Source: a virus (Duplodnaviria > Caudoviricetes). Taken from it: a stretch of 64,000 nucleotides of DNA. The stretch covers positions 192,001-256,000 of the IMG/VR virus record IMGVR_UViG_3300028886_000028. One strand, written 5' to 3'. How positions within the stretch are numbered: position 1 is the stretch's first letter; each line of letters opens with the position of its first letter. Below the pieces are notes generated by a model, which did no database searches, was not told where the DNA came from, and was given only the letters and a program-made list of their open reading frames with translations. This document shows positions 40,046 through 49,713 of this stretch, in pieces. The position numbers were made by a program, and so were the translations under genes.

Positions 40046-40054
40046 ATATTTATA
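40046..40054 (+). promoter_or_regulatory. Putative late promoter ATATTTATA
   Basis: Recurrent motif upstream of phoH leader. Confidence 0.5.
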
Positions 40055-40156
40055 ATAAAAGTTAACACAAAATGAATTTTGATATAACTAATAATAATGA
40101 AGGCGAAAATATTCCAGTCTAAGGGATAATTTCGCCTTTTTTTAATTAAATTTAAC

Positions 40157-40957
40157 ATGGGTAAAAAAAAGAATTTAAAAGGATTAGATGAATTTGACCT
40201 AGATTTTATTAATGAAAAACTTGGCAAAAGTGTTACTGATTACATAAGTCCTGAAGATGTTGTGAGTGCTTCAGCATTAAAAACATTGAATTTTAAATTG
40301 GAAATAAAATGTAAAAACGAAAAGCAAAAAGAGTTTTTAAAAAGCCTTAAAGAAAAAAAGCATCAAATTTGTTTTGCAAGCGGAGCAGCCGGGGCAGGAA
40401 AGTCTTATATTAGTTTAGCTTATGCGTTAAGCGCTTTAAAAGATGGAGGAAATCAATTTGATAAGATAATAATAATAATTCCAACATGCCCGGCTGGAAA
40501 TATGGACATAGGCTTATTAAAAGGCACTTACGAAGATAAGATTAGACCTTATTTGGAAGCAGATACTTATACAATGGAAAAGATATTGAAAAACAGTGGA
40601 AATAATATACCAAGTGAAACAGTAAAAACATTAATTTCTCAAGGATATATAGACTACCAATTGGTCAATTTTGCGAGGGGAAAAACATTTGATAATTGCA
40701 TTGTGCTTATAAATGAAGCAGAAAACTATTCAAGAGAAGAAATGCTGTTACTTTTAACACGTATGGGAGAAAATTCAAAATTTATAATATCCGGAGACCC
40801 TATACAAAAAGATAGAAAAGATTTGAAAAAAAATGGCGATGGATTAACATATGCAATAGAACATTTAAAAAATTTGGAAGAAACAAGTATTACTACATTT
40901 ACAAATGATGACATTGTAAGAAACCCATTAATTTCTAAAATTCTAGAAAACTGGTAA
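40157..40957 (+). CDS. phoH: PhoH-like ATPase
   Basis: GAAGAGKSY, FARGKTFDN, INEAEN, LLTRMGENSK, SGDPIQKD, DDIVRNPLI. Confidence 0.9.
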   Translation: MGKKKNLKGLDEFDLDFINEKLGKSVTDYISPEDVVSASALKTLNFKLEIKCKNEKQKEFLKSLKEKKHQICFASGAAGAGKSYISLAYALSALKDGGNQFDKIIIIIPTCPAGNMDIGLLKGTYEDKIRPYLEADTYTMEKILKNSGNNIPSETVKTLISQGYIDYQLVNFARGKTFDNCIVLINEAENYSREEMLLLLTRMGENSKFIISGDPIQKDRKDLKKNGDGLTYAIEHLKNLEETSITTFTNDDIVRNPLISKILENW

Positions 40958-40966
40958 ATATTTATA
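40958..40966 (+). promoter_or_regulatory. Putative late promoter ATATTTATA
   Basis: Immediately after phoH stop, 28 nt before ATG 40995. Confidence 0.6.
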
Positions 40967-40994
40967 TTATAAATAATAATATATATATTATATC

Positions 40995-41414
40995 ATGAAT
41001 AATAAAAGATTTAATGAAATTATAAAAGAATCAATAGATTATGTAGTTAATTCAGCAATCCCAACATTTGTAAAGCCTAATACTACTTATGATTATTCTA
41101 CTGCTAATGATGAAGAAGAACTAAATGATTCTAATTCTTTAGTATTATCTTATAATGATGGTACTGTTAAAAAATGTAATATAAAATATATTCATGCTTT
41201 TAATAGCGGACATGACCATATGATAATTAATATGTTAGATGGGGCTATATTTTACCATTACATGGGAAAAAATATCGAAGTTAGCGAAAAAGAACACAAT
41301 CGTATAGTAAAAAAAATGAGATGGTGGGTTGAAGAATATAAAGGCGAAGAGTATAAAGGGTACGTTGAAGAGGTTGCAAAAATATTAAAATATGCAGAAA
41401 AATACAATAGATAA
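40995..41414 (+). CDS. Hypothetical protein with IxE leader (candidate internal head protein)
   Basis: MNNKRFNEIIKESID; own late motif and terminator. Confidence 0.6.
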   Translation: MNNKRFNEIIKESIDYVVNSAIPTFVKPNTTYDYSTANDEEELNDSNSLVLSYNDGTVKKCNIKYIHAFNSGHDHMIINMLDGAIFYHYMGKNIEVSEKEHNRIVKKMRWWVEEYKGEEYKGYVEEVAKILKYAEKYNR

Positions 41415-41417
41415 ATG

Positions 41418-41449
41418 AAGGGAACTATCAATTTGTGATAGTTCCTTTT
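41418..41449. terminator. Bidirectional terminator
   Basis: AAGGGAACTATCA/TGATAGTTCCTTT between convergent genes. Confidence 0.8.
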
Positions 41450-41828
41450 ATCTTTTTCTTCCACATTCGTCACCGCATAATCCGTTAATCTTACATTTTT
41501 TACAAGGATTTTCAACCGGATGAACTTCTCCTCCTATCTTTTCATATCCATTATTACCAGAATAATATCCTTTTACATGTGGTGGATTATAATCGTTTAT
41601 CGCTAGTTTATATCCATCATGCACTAATCTTGAAAACCACCTATACAATGAATCTTCAGGAAGCCTTGAAACATGGTAAACATTACTTAGTATTTTTTCA
41701 CTTGGCCCATTTGTTGGATACAAATAGCCATTTATTAATTGCATATAAATTGTTTTATCTGTTGATTCATTTATGGACTCAATTGCTTTTAAAAGTTTTG
41801 ATTCCGTTAATATTATAGTTTTTTTCAT
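41448..41828 (-). CDS. Hypothetical protein with LTES leader and C-terminal Cys4 motif (candidate internal head protein)
   Basis: MKKTIILTESKLLKAIESINES; CKKCKINGLCGDEC. Confidence 0.65.
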   Translation of the reverse strand: MKKTIILTESKLLKAIESINESTDKTIYMQLINGYLYPTNGPSEKILSNVYHVSRLPEDSLYRWFSRLVHDGYKLAINDYNPPHVKGYYSGNNGYEKIGGEVHPVENPCKKCKINGLCGDECGRKR

Positions 41829-41845
41829 TATGACGTTTTTATTTA

Positions 41846-41853
41846 ATAAATAT
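41846..41853 (-). promoter_or_regulatory. Putative late promoter ATATTTAT (minus strand)
   Basis: ATAAATAT on + strand, 17 nt from minus-strand ATG. Confidence 0.6.
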
Positions 41854-41884
41854 TTTGTTTTTTAATATTTTTTTTGTATATTTG
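41854..41884 (+). promoter_or_regulatory. Bacteroidetes primary-sigma promoter
   Basis: TTTG-N19-TATATTTG. Confidence 0.75.
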
Positions 41885-41901
41885 TAATAAAACATATAGA
41901 A

Positions 41902-42756
41902 ATGGATGAAAAAACTAACATAATTGTTGTACCTAATGAGCCGAAAGAAGTAACTGAAATAAGAAATAAAATATTAGATGAGTTTAAAGATTTAGTATTT
42001 GATGAAGAGCCTCATAAATATTACATAGGAGATAAAGAATTACCAAGTGTTTCTCATGTAACTCATAAATATCTTGTTCCGTTTGATAGTGATAATGTTG
42101 CTGAAAAATATGCAGAAAAAAATGGAATGACTAAAGAATATTGGCTTGACCAATGGAAATTCAATAATTTAAAGGCTACAACATCAGGAACATTGGTACA
42201 TGCATATGGAGAATCTTTGGGATGGTTAAAGAACGGGCATCCAGAAAAAATAACAGAAGAAAACATATGCAAATACATAAAAGAAAAGAATTGGTTAATT
42301 CCAACTAGGAAAAAAGAAGAAGCAATATTAAAATTTTATAACGAATTAAATGATAATCTTCATTTCGTTCTTGCTGAAACTAAAGTATATACAGGAAAAA
42401 ATAAAGAACTAACAAATCTCAAACAGGATTACGCAGGTACTTTTGATATTTTGTTTTATTATAAAGACCCAAAAGATGATTCAAAAAGTGGGCTTGTAAT
42501 AATGGATTTCAAAACAAATAAAGAGTTATATAAAGAATTCAATAGGTCAAATGGAATTATGATGTACGCTCCATTCACAGATATGTATTCAGAACCTTTT
42601 GGCGCGTATGTTTTACAGCTTTCAGCGTATCAACTACCATTAGAAGATATTGGGTTAAAAGTCATAGCAAGAAGAATTATACACCTTAAAGATGATGGAA
42701 CATATGAATTAATACCTGTAAAAGATGTTACAAAACAATTAAGAGAAGTGCTATAA
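41902..42756 (+). CDS. PD-(D/E)XK exonuclease (Cas4/RecB-like phage type)
   Basis: FDEEPHKY, LPSVS, GTLVH, YAGTFD, IMDFKT, LQLSAY. Confidence 0.8.
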   Translation: MDEKTNIIVVPNEPKEVTEIRNKILDEFKDLVFDEEPHKYYIGDKELPSVSHVTHKYLVPFDSDNVAEKYAEKNGMTKEYWLDQWKFNNLKATTSGTLVHAYGESLGWLKNGHPEKITEENICKYIKEKNWLIPTRKKEEAILKFYNELNDNLHFVLAETKVYTGKNKELTNLKQDYAGTFDILFYYKDPKDDSKSGLVIMDFKTNKELYKEFNRSNGIMMYAPFTDMYSEPFGAYVLQLSAYQLPLEDIGLKVIARRIIHLKDDGTYELIPVKDVTKQLREVL

Positions 42757-43475
42757 TGAAAGTCGGAGATATTGTATATTATAAAGGAAAAGAATACTAT
42801 CTCTATAGTTTATATAAAGGAGATTTGTGTAGAATAGTTAGACTCAGGGATGGCAAATATACTCATACTAAAAATGGCGAAGAATGTTTGAATGCTAATA
42901 TAGTTAATTTAAATATAAATGAATTAAAGTATATGCTTGATTGTAAAAAAGTTGAATCATTAGTTGAAGAAAAAATGAACAATAAAAAAACAATAACAGT
43001 ATTACCTCAACTGAAATTTGATGAGTATTGCATTAAAACTGGATTGGATGATTCTAATGTAGAGAATGCAAATGATAAGGCGTTTATCTCCATAATTGGA
43101 ACTCCTGAATGTTTAATCTATTATCTTGATGAGGGCGATACAAAGCATCATTTTAAGGGTAATCATTCAAATGTGTTGAACCTTGATTTTGATGATATAG
43201 GATATGATGAATTCGAATGGGAAGGCCATATTTTTAAGGGTATGTCAATGGAACAGGCGCAAGAGCTGTTTGAATTCATAGAGAAAAACATAGATAAATC
43301 ATTTATAATCCATTGTAGAGCAGGCTTTAGTAGAAGTCAGGCTGTAGGTAATTTTATAAATGATTTCTATAAGGGAGAATTTTATTCAGATACTCTTTTA
43401 TCGCATCCTAATAAGGATGTTTATAGGAAGCTAAGTAGGTGCTATTATAAAAAATATAGGCCTGACTATGAGTGA
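42756..43475 (+). CDS. Dual-specificity/tyrosine phosphatase-like protein
   Basis: IIHCRAGFSRS (HCX5R), LDFDDI, HPN. Confidence 0.8.
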   Translation: MKVGDIVYYKGKEYYLYSLYKGDLCRIVRLRDGKYTHTKNGEECLNANIVNLNINELKYMLDCKKVESLVEEKMNNKKTITVLPQLKFDEYCIKTGLDDSNVENANDKAFISIIGTPECLIYYLDEGDTKHHFKGNHSNVLNLDFDDIGYDEFEWEGHIFKGMSMEQAQELFEFIEKNIDKSFIIHCRAGFSRSQAVGNFINDFYKGEFYSDTLLSHPNKDVYRKLSRCYYKKYRPDYE

Positions 43476-43515
43476 TTTATTGATTTTATAGGAAAATAAT
43501 TTAATTTTTAAAAAG

Positions 43516-44067
43516 ATGAACGTTGACAAAATTTGCGAAGAAATAATATGGTATTCAAAAAAAGATGAAAAAACAGGAATGTGGATAATTCCTATTGTTA
43601 TTGATTTCGATTTTACTATTACAAAAGATTCTTCGTGGTTAAAAGGAACATTTACAGAAAATGACCATTGTATAGAAACAATGAAAAAATGGGAAAAAGA
43701 ATTTGGAGTCAAATTTATTCTTGAGACAATGCGTGGGGAAAAACATATTCAGCCAGCAATTGATTTTTGCAATTCAAAAGGGATAGGATTTTTTGGAATA
43801 GGAAGAAACCCTTTGCAAGACGCAGATGGGGACACCACATGTAAATGTTGGGGTATATGGGACATTGATGATAGGAATGCCGGAGTTTTTCTTGAAACTC
43901 CCAAAAATGGAAGACCTTATATTAATTGGATTTTGTTAGATATGTACCTTACTCCAATTTTGAAAAATGTAGTTAAGAGAATTTCAGAAGTTGAAGAAAG
44001 AGTTCTTGAGGCTAAAAGACTGGCAACAGAAGAAAATAAATATGTAGAAATAGATTATAGTTATTAA
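43516..44067 (+). CDS. HAD-superfamily hydrolase
   Basis: IVIDFDFTI, ILETMR, IDDRNAG. Confidence 0.7.
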   Translation: MNVDKICEEIIWYSKKDEKTGMWIIPIVIDFDFTITKDSSWLKGTFTENDHCIETMKKWEKEFGVKFILETMRGEKHIQPAIDFCNSKGIGFFGIGRNPLQDADGDTTCKCWGIWDIDDRNAGVFLETPKNGRPYINWILLDMYLTPILKNVVKRISEVEERVLEAKRLATEENKYVEIDYSY

Positions 44068-44070
44068 ATC

Positions 44071-44289
44071 ATGGATGAAACAAACGTATACATTTTTAAA
44101 AAGAAATATGAGTGCCAATTAGGCAAAATAGATGAAGGCAGAGCAATAACCACATTCAGGGGAATGATGTTTATTGATGGAGGTATGATTCCTGAACCTT
44201 ATGCCTCGGATATAAAAAAACTTTTTACAGATGACAAGTTTGTAAAAGAATATATCAGGGTTGAAAAAGCAATTAAAAATAAAGTATAA
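44071..44289 (+). CDS. Hypothetical protein
   Basis: 72-aa ORF in operon. Confidence 0.55.
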   Translation: MDETNVYIFKKKYECQLGKIDEGRAITTFRGMMFIDGGMIPEPYASDIKKLFTDDKFVKEYIRVEKAIKNKV

Positions 44290-44302
44290 AATATAAAACA
44301 TT

Positions 44303-44716
44303 ATGAAAACAAAATTTTTTAGTTTGTGGGCAGAGGCCATAGATACAAACGGCGAGAAGCACTATGTTACAGTTGTTGGCAAGTTTACTCAAAATTATTT
44401 GCCGAAAGAAGTCACGCAGGAAGTTCCTGTGGAAATTAAGCCAGGAAGTGTTGTTAAAGGAAAATTATCATTCAATAAAAGAACTTTACACAGGGCTTTG
44501 ACGGTTGGAGTTTCAATTTGCCATCCTCTTGATGAATTTGACGAAGAGTTTGGAGTTGAACTAGCAAAAGCCCGTATTGAAAAAGGAGAAGATGCTGGAA
44601 CAATCGAAACAAATGATGTTACTATGTTAACTGAAGATTTGATTATGGCTGAACTGATTGGAAAACTTAGCTATATATGCAATAACATCGACAATTATTT
44701 AGGCAATAACATATAA
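44303..44716 (+). CDS. Phage hypothetical protein
   Basis: GVSICHPLDEFDEEFGVELAKAR motif common in phage small proteins. Confidence 0.65.
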   Translation: MKTKFFSLWAEAIDTNGEKHYVTVVGKFTQNYLPKEVTQEVPVEIKPGSVVKGKLSFNKRTLHRALTVGVSICHPLDEFDEEFGVELAKARIEKGEDAGTIETNDVTMLTEDLIMAELIGKLSYICNNIDNYLGNNI

Positions 44717-44735
44717 GTTGGCCCACAATAATTAT

Positions 44736-44770
44736 AAAATGCAGTCAGAAATGGCTGTATTTTTTTTTTT
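44736..44770 (+). terminator. Intrinsic terminator
   Basis: ATGCAGTCA-GAAA-TGGCTGTAT plus long T run. Confidence 0.75.
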
Positions 44771-44778
44771 GTTTACTG

Positions 44779-44786
44779 ATATTTAT
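44779..44786 (+). promoter_or_regulatory. Putative late promoter ATATTTAT
   Basis: After terminator, 22 nt before ATG 44809. Confidence 0.6.
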
Positions 44787-44808
44787 TAGAAAAAAATACG
44801 TATAGAAT

Positions 44809-45321
44809 ATGAATAAAAAACTTATAAGATTAACAGAGAATGACCTTCATAGTATCGTTAGAAAAGCTGTAAACAAAATCATTAGAGAATCACAAGGATA
44901 TGTTCCTAATGATGGAAATGGAATGGTTGGAGGTTCTTGGGGTAGTAGAACATTATCTGCCACATATTATTTATACAATTATATAGATGATGCTTTATAT
45001 GATGCTGGTGCATTTGAAAATGAAGAAGATGGCAACAAAATTGATGAATTTATTAAACGTTGTGATTCAGAAGGCATTTTCAATGTAAAAGTAAATGTTG
45101 TAGAATCGTATGACAATTCAGTTGGAATTGATTATGATGCAGAAATAGAAAATATTGATTATGATGCAATTGATAGGGTTGAAAAGGTACTAAAAAATTT
45201 ACCAACAAAAAATCTAAAATTCAAGAAGGCAGCTTTGAATGGTCTTAAAACAGGGGTTGATAGACTTGAATCAGATAAATCAGTTATCGAAGATTTAGAT
45301 ATTGATTATGGCGAATACTAG
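44809..45321 (+). CDS. Acidic protein with IRLTE leader (candidate internal head protein)
   Basis: MNKKLIRLTENDLHSIVRKAVNKIIRES followed by D/E-rich body. Confidence 0.65.
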   Translation: MNKKLIRLTENDLHSIVRKAVNKIIRESQGYVPNDGNGMVGGSWGSRTLSATYYLYNYIDDALYDAGAFENEEDGNKIDEFIKRCDSEGIFNVKVNVVESYDNSVGIDYDAEIENIDYDAIDRVEKVLKNLPTKNLKFKKAALNGLKTGVDRLESDKSVIEDLDIDYGEY

Positions 45322-45445
45322 TATTAGTAAAACATTTTGGGTCAACTTCTATGTTATTGCCATTATTTATAAAAAAGTTGATTTTTTCTTTCTGTAGCGA
45401 TATTTACTACGTCAAAAAGAGGATAGATATAGTAAAAATACATCC

Positions 45446-45501
45446 TTTAACATTATTTAACGCGGAATATTTGTTTATTCCGTGTTTTTTTTGTATCTTT
45501 G
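45446..45501 (+). promoter_or_regulatory. Bacteroidetes promoter with tandem TTTAAC upstream
   Basis: TTTAAC x2, TTTG-N20-TATCTTTG. Confidence 0.75.
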
Positions 45502-45531
45502 CTATAAATGTGTACATATGCTATGTTATTA

Positions 45532-45627
45532 TGACAAAATGGCAGAACAAGTTTGTCACATATGTTAAAAAAATGTTAAAAATTAACTGACAAAATGGCA
45601 TAAAACATTGTTTGGCACGTTATTTGT
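45532..45627 (+). promoter_or_regulatory. Sigma54-like -24/-12 element with two TGACAAAATGGCA boxes
   Basis: TGACAAAATGGCA at 45532 and 45588; TGGCACG-N4-TTGT at 45613-45627. Confidence 0.5.
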
Positions 45628-45630
45628 GAT

Positions 45631-45870
45631 ATGAAAGTATATAAATTTGATAAAGAAAGCAATATTTGTTACAATATTATAATAGAAGAAGATAGTGGAG
45701 AAATAAGAGTTGCTTTTGTTGGCAGCAAACACATCACTGAATATATAGCACACGTTGTTAAACCTGAATATGGTTTTTCAAGGTTAATATATGGAAGTGG
45801 GTCATCAATGCCGTATAAAGATAGTAATGGTAAGTTATGCGAAAAATATTTTTTGATATATGAAGATTGA
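45631..45870 (+). CDS. Hypothetical protein
   Basis: 79-aa ORF overlapping next start. Confidence 0.45.
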   Translation: MKVYKFDKESNICYNIIIEEDSGEIRVAFVGSKHITEYIAHVVKPEYGFSRLIYGSGSSMPYKDSNGKLCEKYFLIYED

Positions 45871-46162
45871 TAAAAAATATATTTTCAGACGCTTCTTTAA
45901 ACGCTTCTTTAAAGAAGAATTTCTTGAAATAGAGAATAAAAAACGGGCTATAAAGATTGCCAATGAAAATCTTCAATCTGTTAAAATAGAATTAAAAAAT
46001 TCTATTGAACGGGTAAATAAACTTATTGAAGAAAATACCATATTACGGCGTGAGAATGGTCAATTAAGAAACGAGGTAGATAAAACTAAAAAAGATATTA
46101 TTAATAGCAATGAATATAGAACGTTGCTTGAAAAATATAATGAATTATTATATAAAAAATAA
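45860..46162 (+). CDS. Coiled-coil hypothetical protein
   Basis: Heptad-rich 100 aa. Confidence 0.55.
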   Translation: MKIDKKYIFRRFFKRFFKEEFLEIENKKRAIKIANENLQSVKIELKNSIERVNKLIEENTILRRENGQLRNEVDKTKKDIINSNEYRTLLEKYNELLYKK

Positions 46163-46183
46163 ATTTTTAAAATAAAAACAATT

Positions 46184-48070
46184 ATGTCTAAAATTATTGG
46201 AATTGATTTAGGAACTGGTAACAGTTGTATTTCTGTTTTTGAAGGTGGAGCACCTGTTGTTGTAGTTAATTCTGAAGGAAAACGTACAACTCCTTCTGTA
46301 ATTGGTTTTGACAAGGGAGAAATTAAAGTTGGTGAAAGTGCAAAACGTCAGGCTGTAACTAATCCTAAGAACACCGTTCACTCAATTAAGCGTTTTATGG
46401 GTAACACCTATAAAGAATGTGAAGAAGAAGCTACAAGAGTTCAGTACGAAGTTGTTAATGACGGTGGCTTTCCTCGTGTAAATATTGACGGTAAAAAATA
46501 TACACCGCAGGAGTTATCTGCTATGATTCTTCAAAAAATGAAGAAAACAGCAGAAGACTATCTGGGAGAAGAAGTAAAAGAAGCAGTGATTACTGTTCCT
46601 GCATATTTTTCTGATTCTCAACGTCAAGCAACTAAAGAAGCAGGCGAAATTGCTGGGCTAAATGTGAAACGTATTATTAACGAGCCAACAGCAGCAGCAC
46701 TTGCATACGGTATTGATAAAGCAAATGAAGACCGCGTTGTTGCTGTAATTGACGCAGGTTGCGGAACATATGATGTTTCTATACTTTCTTTTGGCGGTGG
46801 TGTGTTTGAAGTTCTTTCTACCAATGGCAACACTCACCTTGGAGGTGATGATTTTGACCAGGTAATAATTGATTGGCTGGTTGATGAATTTATGCATAAA
46901 GAAGGGGTAGATATTTCAAAAGACCCAATGGCTATGCAGCGTTTGAAAGAAGCCGCTGAAAAGGCTAAGATTGAACTTTCAACCTCAAAAAGCACAGACA
47001 TTAGTCTTCCTTATATTGTGGCTGTTAGTGGAGAGCCAAAGCATCTTAATGAAACTCTAACTCGTGCTAAGTTTGAGCAACTTGCAAGTAAGTTAATTTC
47101 TCTGCATAGAGGCCCTATTATTGAAGCATTAAAGGCAGCATCATTGGACGCTAAAGATGTTAACGATGTAATACTTGTAGGAGGTACTACACGTATACCG
47201 GCTATTCAAAATCTTGTTAAAGATATATTTGGAAAAGAGCCATCACACGCAGTTAACCCTGATGAAGCAGTGGCTTTAGGGGCATCAATACAAGGCGCAG
47301 TTCTTAATAAAGAGTCTGGAGTGGGAGATATTGTTCTTCTTGATGTTACTCCACTTACGTTAGGAATTGAAACTATGGGTGGAGTAATGACAAAGTTGAT
47401 TGAAGCAAATACTACTATCCCATTTAAGAAAAGCGAAACATTCTCAACAGCAGCTGATAATCAAACTGAGGTAACAGTACATGTTTTGCAAGGTGAGCGT
47501 CCTATGGCGGCAGATAATAAGTCTATTGGAAAGTTCAATCTAACAGGAATCATACCAGCAAGGAGGGGAGTACCTCAGATTGAAGTAACATTCGACATTG
47601 ATGCAAATGGCATTCTCACTGTGTCTGCAAAGGATAAGGCTACTGGCCGTGAGCAGAAGATTCGTATTGAGGCTTCAAGTAATTTGTCGAAAGATGAAGT
47701 TGAGCGTATGAAAGCTGAAGCCGCTGCAAATGCTGATGCGGATAAAAAAGTACGTGAAACTGCTGACGCGATAAACAAGGGCGAATCTATTGCTTTCTCT
47801 AATGAAAAAATGCTAGAAGAACAAAAAGATAATGTCAACGAGGAAGAAAAATCTAAGATTGAAGGCCTTATAAAAGACATGAGAGAAGCAGTAGCAAATA
47901 AAGATGTAAAACGTATTGGAGAAATAGAAGAGGCATTTAAAACAGCTTGGAATTCTGTTTCAGAACGTGTATATAGCACTCAGTCAGCGCAGCCAAATGA
48001 TAGCACTGTTAATACAGAGCAGACTAACGCTGAAAATGTACAAGATGCTGAATATACAGAAGTTTCGTAA
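46184..48070 (+). CDS. dnaK: Chaperone Hsp70
   Basis: [67 protein letters not shown]. Confidence 0.97.
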   Translation: MSKIIGIDLGTGNSCISVFEGGAPVVVVNSEGKRTTPSVIGFDKGEIKVGESAKRQAVTNPKNTVHSIKRFMGNTYKECEEEATRVQYEVVNDGGFPRVNIDGKKYTPQELSAMILQKMKKTAEDYLGEEVKEAVITVPAYFSDSQRQATKEAGEIAGLNVKRIINEPTAAALAYGIDKANEDRVVAVIDAGCGTYDVSILSFGGGVFEVLSTNGNTHLGGDDFDQVIIDWLVDEFMHKEGVDISKDPMAMQRLKEAAEKAKIELSTSKSTDISLPYIVAVSGEPKHLNETLTRAKFEQLASKLISLHRGPIIEALKAASLDAKDVNDVILVGGTTRIPAIQNLVKDIFGKEPSHAVNPDEAVALGASIQGAVLNKESGVGDIVLLDVTPLTLGIETMGGVMTKLIEANTTIPFKKSETFSTAADNQTEVTVHVLQGERPMAADNKSIGKFNLTGIIPARRGVPQIEVTFDIDANGILTVSAKDKATGREQKIRIEASSNLSKDEVERMKAEAAANADADKKVRETADAINKGESIAFSNEKMLEEQKDNVNEEEKSKIEGLIKDMREAVANKDVKRIGEIEEAFKTAWNSVSERVYSTQSAQPNDSTVNTEQTNAENVQDAEYTEVS

Positions 48071-48090
48071 ATTCAGTTACTAGCATAAAC

Positions 48091-48129
48091 GCCCCAAAAT
48101 GGTAAACTCTGTTTTGGGGCATTATTTTT
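48091..48129 (+). terminator. Terminator-like hairpin
   Basis: GCCCCAAAA/TTTTGGGGC. Confidence 0.65.
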
Positions 48130-48162
48130 AATGGAAAATTTCTTTTTTTCCAAAAAAAAGTG

Positions 48163-48170
48163 TATATTTG
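48163..48170 (+). promoter_or_regulatory. Bacteroidetes -7 element
   Basis: TATATTTG; -33 element degenerate. Confidence 0.55.
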
Positions 48171-48175
48171 TATAT

Positions 48176-48619
48176 ATGACATTAAAACAGTTATTGTTAA
48201 GGTATTTAAAAGAAAAAGGATTTTATAGCATTTTAAGCGAGAAAGCATATTCTAGCTTAGTTAGAAACAACATAAGAAATGGTAAAGAGTCTTTTTTTCT
48301 TGCTAATTTTATAATTGTGTTAAGTGATTCCATGAAACGTTATGAATGGCAGAAATATCAAAGTAATGTATTAAAATTTTTTAACGAATGGGCTAGAAAT
48401 GAATACAGCGTAAAATCAGGTGACACAATAACTGTTAATACAATTGATGGGAAGTATTCATATGATTTTATAGTTACATGCGTTAATGAATATACTTTAT
48501 CTGTTTTATTAGAAAATGGAAATTCAATAGATTTAGATAGAATTATTGCGGTTAATGGAAAGCCTACTGATTTTTTACATGGCTGGCATTTTAAAAAAAA
48601 TATTGATTACATATATTAG
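48176..48619 (+). CDS. Hypothetical protein
   Basis: ATG 48176 (MTLKQ) lies downstream of promoter, so preferred to 48131. Confidence 0.6.
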   Translation: MTLKQLLLRYLKEKGFYSILSEKAYSSLVRNNIRNGKESFFLANFIIVLSDSMKRYEWQKYQSNVLKFFNEWARNEYSVKSGDTITVNTIDGKYSYDFIVTCVNEYTLSVLLENGNSIDLDRIIAVNGKPTDFLHGWHFKKNIDYIY

Positions 48620-48621
48620 GA

Positions 48622-49704
48622 ATGAATAATATGAAAGATTATTACAATATATTAGGCATAACAGAAGAAGAAAAAAAATTGAGCAATGAAGAGTTTGCTA
48701 AAGTTTTAAAGAAAAAATATCGTTCAATCTGTTTGAAGTATCATCCTGACAAAAATCCTGGCAATAAGGAGGCAGAAGAAAAATTTAAAGAAGCAGCTGA
48801 AGCCTATTCTGTTCTTAGTGATGAAAAGAAAAGAAAAGAATATGACAATCCAGTAACAGGAGGAAACAATTTTAATTCAGGCTTCAATTTCAACGATTTC
48901 AATATTGATGAAATACTCAATAGCTTTGGGTTTGGTAGCATGGGTGGTTTCAGAAGCAGTGTGAAAACAGTGCAAATAGGAGGCAATATAAGACTTAGAA
49001 TGCGTTTATCGTTGAAAGAAATGTATGATGGCATAAAAAAGAAAATAAAATACCATAGAAATAATAAATGCACTGATTGTGATGGTAAAGGCACTACTAA
49101 AGATAGTAAAACAGAAAGATGCAAACATTGTGGAGGGACAGGCAGGCTTTATACCAATAATGGATTCTTCCAACAAATAACTACGTGTCATTATTGTGGC
49201 GGTAGTGGAAGTGTTACAACTAACCCTTGCCCTAGTTGTGGGGGAAATGGTATTGTTGATACCGTTCAAGAAATAGAAATTGATGTTCCAAAGGGGGCTT
49301 TCCAAGGTATGCAATTAACAGTACATGGTTATGGTCATGCTCCTAAAAATATGAACGGGCAATTTGGTGATTTAATAATTGAGATACTAGATAAAGAAAA
49401 TGATGAAAAATACGAAAGGGAAGGCAATGATTTAAAAATGGACATAGAAGTTCCAGTAATAGATGCTATACTTGGGTGTGATATTACAGTTGAAACCATT
49501 AACGGCAAAAAATTGAAAGCTAAAGTGCCAAGTGGTATTGAAGACGGATATACAATGCGTTTTTCTAAATATGGTATGCCCATATATGGAAGAAATGACT
49601 TCGGCGATTTGTACGGCGTTATAAAAATTAAAATGCCAAAAAAGATAAATGACGAAGAAAGAAAAGTTTTAGAAGGTTTAAAAAAGAATAATAATTTCGC
49701 GTAA
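48622..49704 (+). CDS. dnaJ: Chaperone DnaJ
   Basis: J domain with HPD; G/F region; four CxxCxGxG repeats; C-terminal domain. Confidence 0.95.
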   Translation: MNNMKDYYNILGITEEEKKLSNEEFAKVLKKKYRSICLKYHPDKNPGNKEAEEKFKEAAEAYSVLSDEKKRKEYDNPVTGGNNFNSGFNFNDFNIDEILNSFGFGSMGGFRSSVKTVQIGGNIRLRMRLSLKEMYDGIKKKIKYHRNNKCTDCDGKGTTKDSKTERCKHCGGTGRLYTNNGFFQQITTCHYCGGSGSVTTNPCPSCGGNGIVDTVQEIEIDVPKGAFQGMQLTVHGYGHAPKNMNGQFGDLIIEILDKENDEKYEREGNDLKMDIEVPVIDAILGCDITVETINGKKLKAKVPSGIEDGYTMRFSKYGMPIYGRNDFGDLYGVIKIKMPKKINDEERKVLEGLKKNNNFA

Positions 49705-49713
49705 AAATATATT

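Noticed and set aside
41902-42756. Cas4 as evidence of CRISPR-Cas
   Set aside because: Stand-alone PD-(D/E)XK nuclease without the four-Cys cluster; no array or other cas genes.
45351-45590. 79-aa ORF from the track
   Set aside because: It overlaps promoter elements and repeat boxes and has low-complexity content; better explained as regulatory DNA.
45500-46183. CIRCE operator upstream of dnaK
   Set aside because: No TTAGCACTC-N9-GAGTGCTAA seen.
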